Positions 8,176 through 18,230 of a DNA stretch of 32,000 bases are shown piece after piece (position 1 is the stretch's first letter; every line of letters starts with the position of its first letter). The notes under the pieces were generated by a model. It did not search any database, was not told the DNA's origin, and saw only the letters and a program-made list of their open reading frames with translations. The stretch comes from Aliivibrio fischeri ES114 (lineage in GTDB: Bacteria; Pseudomonadota; Gammaproteobacteria; Enterobacterales; Vibrionaceae): the NCBI RefSeq assembly GCF_000011805.1, contig NC_006841.2; one strand, written 5' to 3'. Made by a program: the position numbers and the translations under genes.

Positions 8176-10167
8176 ATGAACCGTAAACATCTAGCAAATG
8201 CAATCCGTGCTCTAAGCATGGACGGCGTACAACAAGCAAACTCTGGCCACCCTGGCGCACCTATGGGCATGGCTGATATCGCTGAAGTTCTTTGGCGTTC
8301 TCATTTAAATCACAACCCAGCAAACCCAGAGTGGGCTGACCGCGACCGTTTTATTCTTTCAAACGGTCATGGCTCTATGCTGATTTACTCTCTGCTTCAC
8401 CTTTCAGGTTACGAGTTATCAATTGATGACCTTAAAAACTTCCGTCAACTTCACTCTAAAACTCCGGGTCACCCAGAGTATGGCTATGCGCCAGGTGTTG
8501 AAACAACTACAGGTCCTCTAGGTCAAGGTATTACCAATGCTGTTGGTATGGCGATGGCTGAAAAAGCATTAGCGGCACAATTCAACAAAGAAGGCCACGA
8601 TATCGTTGACCACTTCACTTATACATTTATGGGTGATGGCTGTCTGATGGAAGGTATTTCTCACGAAGCGTGTTCACTTGCTGGTACGTTAGGCCTAGGC
8701 AAATTAATCGCATTCTGGGATGACAACGGTATCTCTATCGATGGTGAAGTTGAAGGTTGGTTCTCTGATGACACACCTAAACGCTTTGAAGCGTACGGCT
8801 GGCACGTAATTCCTGCTGTTGATGGTCATGATTCAGATGCTATCAATGCAGCAATTGAAGCGGCTAAAGCCGATCCTCGCCCTACTCTTATTTGTACGAA
8901 AACTATTATCGGTTTTGGTTCTCCTAACAAACAAGGTACACACGACTGTCACGGTGCTCCACTAGGCGCTGACGAAATTAAAGCAGCAAAAGCACAATTA
9001 GGTTGGGAGCACGGCGCATTTGAAATTCCGCAAGAAGTTTACGCAGAATGGGACGCGAAAGAAACAGGCGCAGCTAAGGAAGCGTCGTGGAACGAGAAAT
9101 TTGCAGCTTATGAAGCAGCATACCCAGAACTTGCAGCCGAATTTACTCGCCGCGTAAACGGTGATTTACCAAAAGAGTGGGAAGAAAAAGCATCAGCAAT
9201 CATTGCTGATCTTCAAGCTAACCCTGCAAACATCGCATCACGTAAAGCGTCTCAAAACGCATTAGAAGCATTTGGTGCTATGTTACCTGAATTCATGGGC
9301 GGCTCTGCTGATCTTGCACCTTCTAACCTAACAATGTGGTCTGGTTCTAAGTCTCTAGAAGCAAACGACTTCTCTGGTAATTACATTCATTACGGTGTTC
9401 GTGAATTTGGTATGACAGCAATCATGAATGGTATTGCTCTGCACGGTGGTTTCGTACCATACGGCGCAACGTTCCTAATGTTCATGGAATACGCTCGTAA
9501 CGCAATGCGTATGGCTGCACTAATGAAAGTGCAAAACATCCAAGTTTACACGCACGACTCTATCGGTCTTGGCGAAGATGGTCCAACTCACCAGCCAGTT
9601 GAGCAAATTGCTTCTCTACGTCTAACTCCTAACATGAGCACATGGCGTCCATGTGACCAAGTTGAGTCAGCTGTAGCATGGAAACTAGCTATCGAGCGTA
9701 AAGATGGTCCATCTGCACTTATCTTCTCTCGTCAAAACCTTGCACAACAAGAGCGTGATGCAAAGCAATTAGCGAACATCGCTAAAGGTGGCTATATCCT
9801 TAAAGATTGTGAAGGTCAACCAGAGTTAATCCTTATTGCAACGGGTTCAGAAGTTGAACTAGCAATTGAAGCAGCAGCACAACTGACAGCAGAAGGTAAA
9901 GCGGTACGTGTTGTTTCAATGCCATCAACAGATGCATTTGATAAGCAAGACGAAGCATACCGTGAAGCAGTACTTCCATCAGCGGTAACTAAACGTATCG
10001 CAATTGAAGCGGGTATTGCTGATTTCTGGTACAAGTACGTAGGTTTCGGTGGCAAGATCATCGGCATGACAACATTTGGTGAGTCAGCACCTGCTGATGA
10101 GCTATTCAAAATGTTTGGTTTCACTACTGAAAACGTAGTAAACACGGCAAAAGAATTGTTAGCTTAA
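8176..10167 (+). CDS. tktA: Transketolase
   Basis: Strong colinear similarity to E. coli TktA from memory ([64 protein letters not shown]). Confidence 0.97.
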   Translation: MNRKHLANAIRALSMDGVQQANSGHPGAPMGMADIAEVLWRSHLNHNPANPEWADRDRFILSNGHGSMLIYSLLHLSGYELSIDDLKNFRQLHSKTPGHPEYGYAPGVETTTGPLGQGITNAVGMAMAEKALAAQFNKEGHDIVDHFTYTFMGDGCLMEGISHEACSLAGTLGLGKLIAFWDDNGISIDGEVEGWFSDDTPKRFEAYGWHVIPAVDGHDSDAINAAIEAAKADPRPTLICTKTIIGFGSPNKQGTHDCHGAPLGADEIKAAKAQLGWEHGAFEIPQEVYAEWDAKETGAAKEASWNEKFAAYEAAYPELAAEFTRRVNGDLPKEWEEKASAIIADLQANPANIASRKASQNALEAFGAMLPEFMGGSADLAPSNLTMWSGSKSLEANDFSGNYIHYGVREFGMTAIMNGIALHGGFVPYGATFLMFMEYARNAMRMAALMKVQNIQVYTHDSIGLGEDGPTHQPVEQIASLRLTPNMSTWRPCDQVESAVAWKLAIERKDGPSALIFSRQNLAQQERDAKQLANIAKGGYILKDCEGQPELILIATGSEVELAIEAAAQLTAEGKAVRVVSMPSTDAFDKQDEAYREAVLPSAVTKRIAIEAGIADFWYKYVGFGGKIIGMTTFGESAPADELFKMFGFTTENVVNTAKELLA

Positions 10168-10186
10168 TAACAAACGCTTTATAAAC

Positions 10187-10217
10187 AAAAGCCTCGCTAA
10201 TTCAGCGAGGCTTTTTT
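10187..10217. terminator. Bidirectional intrinsic terminator between tktA and the acyltransferase gene
   Basis: In aaaagcctcgctaattcagcgaggctttttt, the 7-bp GC-rich stem has an A-run on the 5' side and a T-run on the 3' side. Confidence 0.85.
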
Positions 10218-10251
10218 ATATTGAGAAATAGTTTTGAATTAAATACAACTT

Positions 10252-11187
10252 TTATGCGTATCGATTCATCTCTTCTGAGTCTTCTGGTAACGTTTTGAAG
10301 CGTTTATGTAGCCACATCCATTGCGAAGGTTCTTTCTCAATTAAACGTTCAATCTCTCTATTTAGTACATTTGCAGCTGTAACAGCATCACGGCGTGGAA
10401 TATCATCACTAATGTCATCCCCTATTTCTAAAGTATAGTGATTGTCAGTTCGTATACTGGTACCCGACATAACAGCACACTTTGTCATATCAATTAAGAA
10501 ACTGGAACCCGTAGTTGTTGCCGCTTCTTGAACAGCAAAAAATGGAACAAACACTGAGTTACGGCGGCCATAGTCATGATCAGGCAAATACCACAAACGA
10601 TTTCCAGACTTAAGAACCTTAATCATGCTTTTAACATCATGACGGTCAATCATCTTATGACCTTTACGCGTACGTCCGCGATGTTGAATAAATTCATACA
10701 CAGGATTGCTATTAGCACGATACACGCCATAACCAGGAGCAAAAAGACTAAAAATTCGAGCTGTCATTTCAAGATTTAAAAAATGACAACACAGCACTAA
10801 TACGCCTTTACCTTCTTGCTCTTTTTCTAACATTTTCTCTTGGCCAATAATGGATATATGACGCTTAACACGCCAATCAGGCCAAAACCAAGCCATACCG
10901 GTTTCAATTAATGCTAACCCAGTATTCTTAAAGTTTTCATTCACTAATCGCTCAATTTCTGTTTGTGAATAATGAGGAAAACATAATGCTAGATTTTTTC
11001 GAGCAACGTTCGCACGCTTTTTTAAGCAAAATTTAGATAAACATCCGATTCCATTCCCTATTCTTTTAAGGACGACGAACGGAAGTACATTAACCAATAC
11101 AGCAAGAAAAGAAAAAGATAGCCATACAAGCCAGTACTTTGGAGACAACAGCGCCCATGTAAATTTAGGACTTGGAACTGTTTTCAT
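10252..11187 (-). CDS. LpxL/LpxM (HtrB/MsbB)-family lipid A secondary acyltransferase
   Basis: The N-terminus MKTVPSPKFTWALLSPKYWLVWLSF parallels E. coli LpxL (PKFSTALLHPRYWLTWLG). The HX4D-type region (CCHFLNLEM) and the C-terminal EPSQWMWLHKRFK are family hallmarks. I chose the ATG at 11187, which has a GGGTGA SD; the ORF track extends to the TTG at 11202. Confidence 0.85.
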   Translation of the reverse strand: MKTVPSPKFTWALLSPKYWLVWLSFSFLAVLVNVLPFVVLKRIGNGIGCLSKFCLKKRANVARKNLALCFPHYSQTEIERLVNENFKNTGLALIETGMAWFWPDWRVKRHISIIGQEKMLEKEQEGKGVLVLCCHFLNLEMTARIFSLFAPGYGVYRANSNPVYEFIQHRGRTRKGHKMIDRHDVKSMIKVLKSGNRLWYLPDHDYGRRNSVFVPFFAVQEAATTTGSSFLIDMTKCAVMSGTSIRTDNHYTLEIGDDISDDIPRRDAVTAANVLNREIERLIEKEPSQWMWLHKRFKTLPEDSEEMNRYA

Positions 11188-11407
11188 TTTTTCACCCATC
11201 AAAACTAAGACACCTGTCTCAGAAATATAATTAAAGTGAAATTTTAGTTGAAAAGTTTAATAAGCTCAATCAAGTTTGATCAAATTATTTTCAAAAATAT
11301 CAATTACCTTGATTGAGGCTTATTCATTATAAATAGTTACGTTTTGAATCATTATTTAATTCGACAAATTAGAACTGTGTCGAATAACTTATAAAATACA
11401 GTATTAA

Positions 11408-12226
11408 TTATAATAATTCATCACTATTAATTGTTTCATAAAGTTCTTTTAACAAACCTGATTCAATATTAATCAAACCATCTGATAAATGTATATAATT
11501 ACCTTCAGTTACATTTAGCAATATATTTTTTCTGATATCTTCACTTTCTTTTGATTCTTTATTTTGAAAATGAAAATGTTGTATTTTCTCATAAACCATT
11601 TCTGAGACCTGATCAATTTGTTCTTGCGTTAAACAAACTCGAGACATTCCTACTACTGGTCTTTTTGCTTGTGATAATACTTCAAGCCTTAATTTCTCGG
11701 TAAACAAAGTATCTAATTTAGAACCTTCAAAAAAGGTATAATAAGGAGGAGTAAGAAAGCATGGTGAACCATCACTTTTCAGTTCAACCAAACCCATAAT
11801 CTCCAATGCTCTCAAATAGATATAAACACTCTGTTCATTCAAATGGTTTTCATTAGCCACCTCTTGTACATCTTTTCCTTTGACATGAACTTCATAGAAA
11901 AAATCATACAAATAAGGGTGATTATAAAAGATTTCGTCAAGAACTTCGGTTCTCGTTCCTTCTTCTTTATTGTGAATATCACGTGCAATTTGTGAAAGTT
12001 CTTCTAGATTGGTATTTAATACGGTTGCATATTCCATTAATTTATCAATACCAATTGAATTACTATGAAAATGTCTTTTTAATGTCGAAATAGGTACATT
12101 TACTTTTAATGACAATTCATTATAAGTAAGATCATTTTCTTTTAATTTAACTCGTAATGCATTTAATAATAAACTAGCACAAAATCCCATAACGACTTCC
12201 TTGATGTTATTTCTTATTTTTTTCAA
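11408..12226 (-). CDS. Transcriptional regulator with an N-terminal XRE/Cro-type HTH and a central winged-helix-like segment
   Basis: The XRE-like HTH is LTYNELSLKVNVPISTLKRHFHS. The MarR/ArsR-like wHTH is VQEVANENHLNEQSVYIYLRALEIMGLVEL. The gene is very AT-rich and divergent from the barrel/protease genes. The start could also be the internal Met (MGFCASLL). Confidence 0.6.
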   Translation of the reverse strand: MKKIRNNIKEVVMGFCASLLLNALRVKLKENDLTYNELSLKVNVPISTLKRHFHSNSIGIDKLMEYATVLNTNLEELSQIARDIHNKEEGTRTEVLDEIFYNHPYLYDFFYEVHVKGKDVQEVANENHLNEQSVYIYLRALEIMGLVELKSDGSPCFLTPPYYTFFEGSKLDTLFTEKLRLEVLSQAKRPVVGMSRVCLTQEQIDQVSEMVYEKIQHFHFQNKESKESEDIRKNILLNVTEGNYIHLSDGLINIESGLLKELYETINSDELL

Positions 12227-12343
12227 TTTACTTTATATCATTCTAAATTACTAGTTCGGTTTCATTTTTTGGAGTGAAGCAACTCATAAATTAAAACCCT
12301 CTTAGTTATAAAACTGTAATCATTGCACCACTTTCGCGCAAAG

Positions 12344-12359
12344 GTTACAAATATGTAAC
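12344..12359. promoter_or_regulatory. Inverted repeat GTTACA-N4-TGTAAC in the divergent regulator/barrel promoter region (candidate operator)
   Basis: gttacaaatatgtaac has perfect 6-bp arms. It lies about 80 bp upstream of the barrel-gene ATG (12440) and about 120 bp upstream of the regulator start. Confidence 0.3.
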
Positions 12360-12439
12360 AACGTCAATTTAATGACAAATAATAATAACAGCGTCAGTTA
12401 TCGCTCATGATGAGCACTTTATCGACATGGAAGTCATAT

Positions 12440-13300
12440 ATGCGGACAAAACTATTAAAACAGTCAGCACTATCGAGCTTCATTTTTTGTACTTCAGCAC
12501 TAGTTCATGATGCTTTTGCAGAAGATACGAACAAGGAAGAAATACCTGCTGAATCCACAGAGATAGAACAAGACTCAAATTTAAAATGGGGCGGCTCATT
12601 AAGCCTTGGGTATGACAGTAATCTTTACTCAGCTTCTGATTATCGCTCAAGTCGTGCTATTTCATTTCATGGTTCACTTCATTTGGCATTTTGGGAGCAC
12701 TACTCTCTTTATTCCAATACAGGTGGTTACCGTACATTACAAAATGCTGAAGGATTCTATTCTACAGATACGGTTGTTGGTTTATCGCGCTCATCACTGC
12801 TCACTTTTGGTGATACAGGACGTATGTCTATCAGTGGGCAATTTTCAATCCCAACATCACAAGCGTCTCAAGATAGTTTTCTCAATACCGCTTTTCGTAT
12901 ACAAACCCCATTTACTTTCAAGTTAGCGGACGTTGGTTTCCTTATTGCACCTCGTGTTCGTAAAAACTTTCACCAGTACACTACCTCACCATCAGGCAAC
13001 GTAAATATATCGTGGGGATTATCTTTATTATTAGGAGCAAATTATAACTATGGCGATGCTTTCTTCTCAGTATCGGCATTAGGAGGAACCTCTATAAATT
13101 ATAACGGTCGCTGGGCAGATGGTTACAGCTATGGTGGTAACGTCAGCGCTGGTTATAACTTTTTAGAGGACCTTTCTATTTCATTAACACTGGCTTCTTC
13201 CGGTGTATATACAGATGCAGCACAAGGAACATTAGGCAGCTTTAATCTTTTTGATGAAGCAAAAGCAACCTACTCGCTTGGCATGACTTATTCATTTTAG
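12440..13300 (+). CDS. Putative outer-membrane beta-barrel protein (family not recognised)
   Basis: The signal peptide is MRTKLLKQSALSSFIFCTSALVHDAFA|EDT. The mature part shows repeated amphipathic alternating segments (WGGSLSLGYDSN, AISFHGSLHLAF, RMSISGQFSIP, AFRIQTPFTFKL, ISWGLSLLLGANYNY, YSYGGNVSAGYNF, LSISLTLASSGVY). The C-terminus ATYSLGMTYSF ends in Phe, as in OMP C-terminal signatures. I chose the ATG at 12440, which has a GGAAG SD. Confidence 0.6.
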   Translation: MRTKLLKQSALSSFIFCTSALVHDAFAEDTNKEEIPAESTEIEQDSNLKWGGSLSLGYDSNLYSASDYRSSRAISFHGSLHLAFWEHYSLYSNTGGYRTLQNAEGFYSTDTVVGLSRSSLLTFGDTGRMSISGQFSIPTSQASQDSFLNTAFRIQTPFTFKLADVGFLIAPRVRKNFHQYTTSPSGNVNISWGLSLLLGANYNYGDAFFSVSALGGTSINYNGRWADGYSYGGNVSAGYNFLEDLSISLTLASSGVYTDAAQGTLGSFNLFDEAKATYSLGMTYSF

Positions 13301-13332
13301 GGATAAAATAATAAAAACAGGATGTGAACAAT

Positions 13333-16300
13333 ATGACATATAAAAAGCTTACATTAGCTGCAGCGGTAACCGTTGCACTCACTGGTTGTGCGCCAGAAGA
13401 ACAAGAATATGACACTCTTGATAAAGACCTTACTGAAGTTAAAGTACAAGATTTACGTGTTGAAGGCCGCTGGTTTTATGCTCCAACTACCGGAGCTGCA
13501 CCTCGCTTTGCTGTAACTCAATTTCCATTTTTACAAGGTATGGGACGTTATGTTGAGCTTTGCTTTTCAGATGAAGGCTTAGAAGTTCGTGGCTATGACA
13601 ATAATAATCCTGATCTTTTATTACCAAAAGATAAAAACGGCTTCTGTTTACCGCAAGATGAAAGCAATATCGGCTCTGATGACCAAGTTAACTTTCCTCA
13701 TGTTATGACCATCCCTGGTAGTTATGCGAAATACCAATGTCGTGAAGATAACTACGGAGATTGTACTAACGTTGAAGAAAAAGATTCAGATCCAAACCTT
13801 GGCAACACCACTTTTAGAAACAATACCCACTTTACGCCAAGCCCTGAATCAACATTAGTGAGTGATTTAAACTGGGACGAACTCTATGGCACTAAAGACG
13901 GATTAACACCACAAGGATCACCAGAAGTGATCTCTTGGGAGTTTGACCCTAAAAAAGGCGTATTAAACTTCGAACTTGAACAAACATTTAAGATTAATTT
14001 TTCTAAATTATCGCGTTATATGGATTGGTCAGCAATGGAAGAAGAGTTGGCTAAAGGCTCATTTAAGTCTCGCTTCTATTACTCCCTTGTACATGAAAGT
14101 CACATAGCATCAGAAGATTATCAACCTGTCTTATATCCGGTGAATGATGAAAACGACATTGGTTTCTTTACCACAACAACAAAAGTAAGAGATCCAATCA
14201 CTAACAAATACGATGCTGTCACTTATTTGAACCGTTTTAATCCGGCTCAAGGCTCAATCAAATATTACTTATCAGATAACTTTTTTGAAGAGAAGAATAA
14301 GCTTTTCTTAGACTCGACGATCAATACCGTTAATAAAATGAACGAAACTCTTCGTTTACTTGAACCAAACTCAAACAAACCTATGATTGAGATTGTTAAT
14401 AAATCAGAAGGAATGGGAATTCATCCGGGTGATCTTCGCTATAACGTCATTAATCTTGTCGATGAACCGCTTGATAACGGGTTACTTGGTTATGGTCCAT
14501 CTATTGCGCACCCGAGAACTGGTGAGATCATTAAAGCACACGTAAACCAATATTCTGGCGTTGCACGTCGTGGTGTTCCATTTTACTGGGATAATATGGC
14601 GCGACTGTATAACCGTGGACAACTTGAAATGAATGGTTTAGCTGCAGAAGAATCAGCATCTGCACAATCAAGATCAGAACTTCAAACTAATAGATCCGTC
14701 TCTGAATCACTTTACGCCAATCATAATCAACATGCTCATAATACAACCTCCATTTCAATTAATGAAGAAACAGCAATTGAGTTTTTAGCCCAACAAAGCT
14801 TAAAACAAAAATTGGCGCAAGGTCCAACGATATTAAAACCTGTCAATGATGACATGGATCTTGAAGATATTGTTCGAGCAGAAGAGGAGCGTCTTGCATT
14901 TTGGAGTGAAAACAACGCCTACCCTATTGAAGCGTCATGGGTGTCGTCTTCAAGTAAAGCCGTTATTGATAACTTACCTCTTGTTGACGAAGGTTACTTC
15001 ACGAATATTACGGATCCAGAAACAGGTATTGTTACTAAAACACTAAAACCATGGGCCCTACTGCCAGACCATCTTCAGACGGTTGCAGCTGATGCGATTA
15101 CCGTAACAACTTATGCGAACACTTTAGTTCATGAAATTGGTCATAATGTAGGTTTACGTCATAACTTTAAAGGCTCGAATGACATTGATAACTACCTATC
15201 AAAAACACAATCTAAACTACTTGGCTTAAGCAACATTCCAGCGTACAGCTCAACAATGGATTACGCACCAAGTATGCTTGATGAAATCCCAACTTGGGGT
15301 CTATATGACTTAGCTGCATTTAAATTTGCATACGCTCGTAAACTTGATCTTGTTGAAGCATCACCGATGAGCGCTGAACAACGCGCGTCTGAAGGTGGTG
15401 AAGCTGCATATGCTAACTCTTTCTACAGTCAATACGGTGCAACCGCTGAAAATGAATCTCTTATGGTTTGTACTGAGCAATCACAAGTACTTGATGCTCA
15501 AGGTCAAGCAACGGGACAATCAAACTACACCTGTGATTTCTCTCGTTTAGATACTGCAGCACTAAATGGCAATCCACTTGCTGAACATGGTGTACTTTAC
15601 TACCTAGATGACATACTCGGTTTCACTCGTAAGTCTTATGCTTTCTGTACCGATGGTAATGTTTCTGGCAATAGCGATTGTAACCGTTTTGATGAAGGGA
15701 CAAACCTACAAGAAATCGCCACTTACAAATGGCAGCAATACTTAGACAGCTACGACTCACGAAATGCTGGGCTATATAATGATGGGCTTTATAATTCTAA
15801 TTACCCATCTTATATTATTCGTCGCTTCCGTGAAATGAACACAATACGTGACATGATTGAAGACAATGAACGTGTCGACCAACTATTTCACGATTATGGT
15901 GACGCCTCACCTTCAAATAAGCCGACCGAATTTTTACAAATGGTTGCAGCCAATCCGAATACCTGTGTTTATTCAGAAGATAGAGATGAAAGAGCTGGTA
16001 ACTCGTGGTTATGTGATTATGCCTTTGGTGCGAAAAAAGCTTCTGAATTTTTCTTAGATGTATTACGTACACCAGAAACGCAATGTATTATCACTGACCG
16101 TTCGGGAACTATGCGCAGTATTTCTCTTGGTGAGGCATTAACAGCACAAAGTTATACTATTCCAAGTGAATACGATATTACTCGTGCAGATTGTTTCGAT
16201 GAGGTTGCTACTCCAATTCTTGAATCTTTATATGGAGCAACTGAAATTCATGCCAAATCAATTAACTCTAAGTTCTTAAACTCGGTAGGTTCGTTTGACC

Positions 16301-17424
16301 CATCAAACCCGTATTCAAATGCAGTTTCTGTATTAGGTATGTGGCCAGATAAAGGATTAGCAAGTTACCAATTGGCTCGTCGTTTCTCTTTCCGTTACAC
16401 AGATGAAACTGCGTTTGCTTCTTTACTCGACTTACCTGGGGTTAAAGCCGAATACGATGCCATTATGGCGCACATTGTTGCAAAAGAACCACTAGCCAAT
16501 GCCGTTGAGTTTGTTGATAGAGCTGGTGCACCTTATGAACCAATCATCGATGTTAACTTACACGTTTCACAACTGGTAGAAGCACTACCACCAATGCCAC
16601 GCGGTATCGAATCATTCTATGGTTTAACTCGCACTGGTAGAACCGATATGTCGAGCATGATTGTGTATATGGGTACTCGACAAATGCTGACTTCTGATTA
16701 TAAATTTGCAGAAACAGCCCTACAGCAACGTAACAGCTTAACAAAACAGCTTGATCAATATGGTTTGCTTGGTGGTGATGGATTAACGGTTTCAATTGGA
16801 GGCATTAATTACACCATCACTAAGGACAATACACTAGCGAATCGTGTCGCTTCAAAACTGTTTACAAGTGAAGGTTACACAGCAAAAATTGCGCTAGATA
16901 ATACGTCAGCTGAAACATTAACGAATATTCTTAATGCATGGCAACCAGTAGCAGGGTTTAAATCATCGTTCCATACGCCAATTCTTGCCCTTGATGCACC
17001 ATTTATTGAATTGATCATTAATTCATATAAAGCACAAATTGCCTCTGGTGAAATTGATTTAAGCAATGGTATGAACAACCAGATCTTTAATGCAGTTATT
17101 AACGGGGTTCTATCACAACCTGATGTTACTTATAACCCAGAAACAGGTACCGTTACATCAAATACAGGTAAAGAGCACAGTATAAGCAGTGTAATTTCTA
17201 TCATTGATTATACAATGGCATACGTAAATGCTGGACTTGATCCAACACTTCTTACGGCAAGCTATGCCCTATACGACGGCTTTACTGGAGCAGAAGAAAC
17301 CAATCAGTTTGCTTGGACGCTCACATTAGAAATGATTAAAGCCTATCAATCAGGTGATTATACAAACATGGTTGGCGAACATTACGAAGCACTTCGTAAA
17401 CTCCCAGTTCACAAAATTTATTAA
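13333..17424 (+). CDS. Large (1363 aa) lipoprotein with a metzincin-type zinc metalloprotease motif
   Basis: The lipobox is MTYKKLTLAAAVTVALTG|C, with Ala at +2. HEIGHNVGLRH (nt 15130-15162) is an HExxHxxGxxH motif, and a Met-turn-like SSTMDYAP follows about 30 residues later (ATG at 15256). The SD AGGA lies 10 nt upstream of the ATG at 13333. The gene starts 32 nt after the barrel-gene stop. Confidence 0.8.
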   Translation: MTYKKLTLAAAVTVALTGCAPEEQEYDTLDKDLTEVKVQDLRVEGRWFYAPTTGAAPRFAVTQFPFLQGMGRYVELCFSDEGLEVRGYDNNNPDLLLPKDKNGFCLPQDESNIGSDDQVNFPHVMTIPGSYAKYQCREDNYGDCTNVEEKDSDPNLGNTTFRNNTHFTPSPESTLVSDLNWDELYGTKDGLTPQGSPEVISWEFDPKKGVLNFELEQTFKINFSKLSRYMDWSAMEEELAKGSFKSRFYYSLVHESHIASEDYQPVLYPVNDENDIGFFTTTTKVRDPITNKYDAVTYLNRFNPAQGSIKYYLSDNFFEEKNKLFLDSTINTVNKMNETLRLLEPNSNKPMIEIVNKSEGMGIHPGDLRYNVINLVDEPLDNGLLGYGPSIAHPRTGEIIKAHVNQYSGVARRGVPFYWDNMARLYNRGQLEMNGLAAEESASAQSRSELQTNRSVSESLYANHNQHAHNTTSISINEETAIEFLAQQSLKQKLAQGPTILKPVNDDMDLEDIVRAEEERLAFWSENNAYPIEASWVSSSSKAVIDNLPLVDEGYFTNITDPETGIVTKTLKPWALLPDHLQTVAADAITVTTYANTLVHEIGHNVGLRHNFKGSNDIDNYLSKTQSKLLGLSNIPAYSSTMDYAPSMLDEIPTWGLYDLAAFKFAYARKLDLVEASPMSAEQRASEGGEAAYANSFYSQYGATAENESLMVCTEQSQVLDAQGQATGQSNYTCDFSRLDTAALNGNPLAEHGVLYYLDDILGFTRKSYAFCTDGNVSGNSDCNRFDEGTNLQEIATYKWQQYLDSYDSRNAGLYNDGLYNSNYPSYIIRRFREMNTIRDMIEDNERVDQLFHDYGDASPSNKPTEFLQMVAANPNTCVYSEDRDERAGNSWLCDYAFGAKKASEFFLDVLRTPETQCIITDRSGTMRSISLGEALTAQSYTIPSEYDITRADCFDEVATPILESLYGATEIHAKSINSKFLNSVGSFDPSNPYSNAVSVLGMWPDKGLASYQLARRFSFRYTDETAFASLLDLPGVKAEYDAIMAHIVAKEPLANAVEFVDRAGAPYEPIIDVNLHVSQLVEALPPMPRGIESFYGLTRTGRTDMSSMIVYMGTRQMLTSDYKFAETALQQRNSLTKQLDQYGLLGGDGLTVSIGGINYTITKDNTLANRVASKLFTSEGYTAKIALDNTSAETLTNILNAWQPVAGFKSSFHTPILALDAPFIELIINSYKAQIASGEIDLSNGMNNQIFNAVINGVLSQPDVTYNPETGTVTSNTGKEHSISSVISIIDYTMAYVNAGLDPTLLTASYALYDGFTGAEETNQFAWTLTLEMIKAYQSGDYTNMVGEHYEALRKLPVHKIY

Positions 17425-17434
17425 CCTCCCCCAA

Positions 17435-17465
17435 TAAAAAAGCCAGCATAACCGCTGGCTTTTCT
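17435..17465. terminator. Bidirectional intrinsic terminator shared by the metalloprotease gene and the nitroreductase gene
   Basis: aaaaaagccagcataaccgctggcttttcttc has a 7-bp stem agccagc/gctggct flanked by an A-run and a T-rich run. Confidence 0.8.
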
Positions 17466-17484
17466 TCATCTTAAACACTAAGAG

Positions 17485-18141
17485 CTAAAGAATGGTAATT
17501 ACATCTTCAAATGCTTTGCGGGATTTAGGTAAAGAAGCATTGTAATCCTCACTTGGATGATGATAACCAATGGCTAAAGCAACATGGCATTCATACCCTT
17601 TTAATTCATCAGCAAAAATTTCACTGAGTAATTCAGGATCAATCCCTTCCATTGTTGTTGAATCAATGTTCAGTCTAGCTAATGTATGCAAAGCATTACC
17701 AAGAGCTAAATAAGCTTGAGGTTTCGTCCATGCTTTATGCTCACCATTTTCATCGCAGTTCAATTCTACAAACTTAAACGAGGCAAAAGCAGCTTCTTTT
17801 TGCTCTTCAGTAATACGCTTGTCAGCAACCGCTTTAGATAAAACCACATCATAATCATCTCGTGTATACGAAAGCTTATTTGCAAATAAAATCACATGAG
17901 AACACGCTTTGATGTGCGGTTGATTAAACTGATGCATATTTGCAAATGAATCATGCATACGTTGCTTTGCTTCATCAGACTCAATCACAATGAACTTCCA
18001 AGGCTGTGAGTTAATTGAAGAAGCGGATAAACGCAGAGCCTCAAGTAAAACCGCTAAATCTTCTTGAGATACTTTCTTTGATGAGTCATATTTTTTTGAT
18101 GTATAACGATTTTCAAGATCATGAATAATTGGATGCGTCAT
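17485..18141 (-). CDS. Oxygen-insensitive NAD(P)H nitroreductase / major NAD(P)H-flavin oxidoreductase (FRase I, NfsB family)
   Basis: The 218-aa product MTHPIIHDLENRYTSKKYD...SINSQPWKFIVIES...AFEDVITIL matches my recollection of V. fischeri FRase I in sequence and length and has NfsB-family motifs. The longer ORF-track start (18234) is unlikely. Confidence 0.9.
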   Translation of the reverse strand: MTHPIIHDLENRYTSKKYDSSKKVSQEDLAVLLEALRLSASSINSQPWKFIVIESDEAKQRMHDSFANMHQFNQPHIKACSHVILFANKLSYTRDDYDVVLSKAVADKRITEEQKEAAFASFKFVELNCDENGEHKAWTKPQAYLALGNALHTLARLNIDSTTMEGIDPELLSEIFADELKGYECHVALAIGYHHPSEDYNASLPKSRKAFEDVITIL

Positions 18142-18230
18142 AATAATAAGCCTTACTTGTTGAAATTTTAATCCACTGACATTCTTGTCTGCGCAACTTA
18201 TGATGTCAACAAGCAAGACACACTCAATAT

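Noticed and set aside
11360-11386. Hairpin attcgaca-N9-tgtcgaat, considered as the terminator for the HTH regulator gene
   Set aside because: The stem is AT-rich and is not followed by a T-run on the minus strand, so it is not convincing as an intrinsic terminator.
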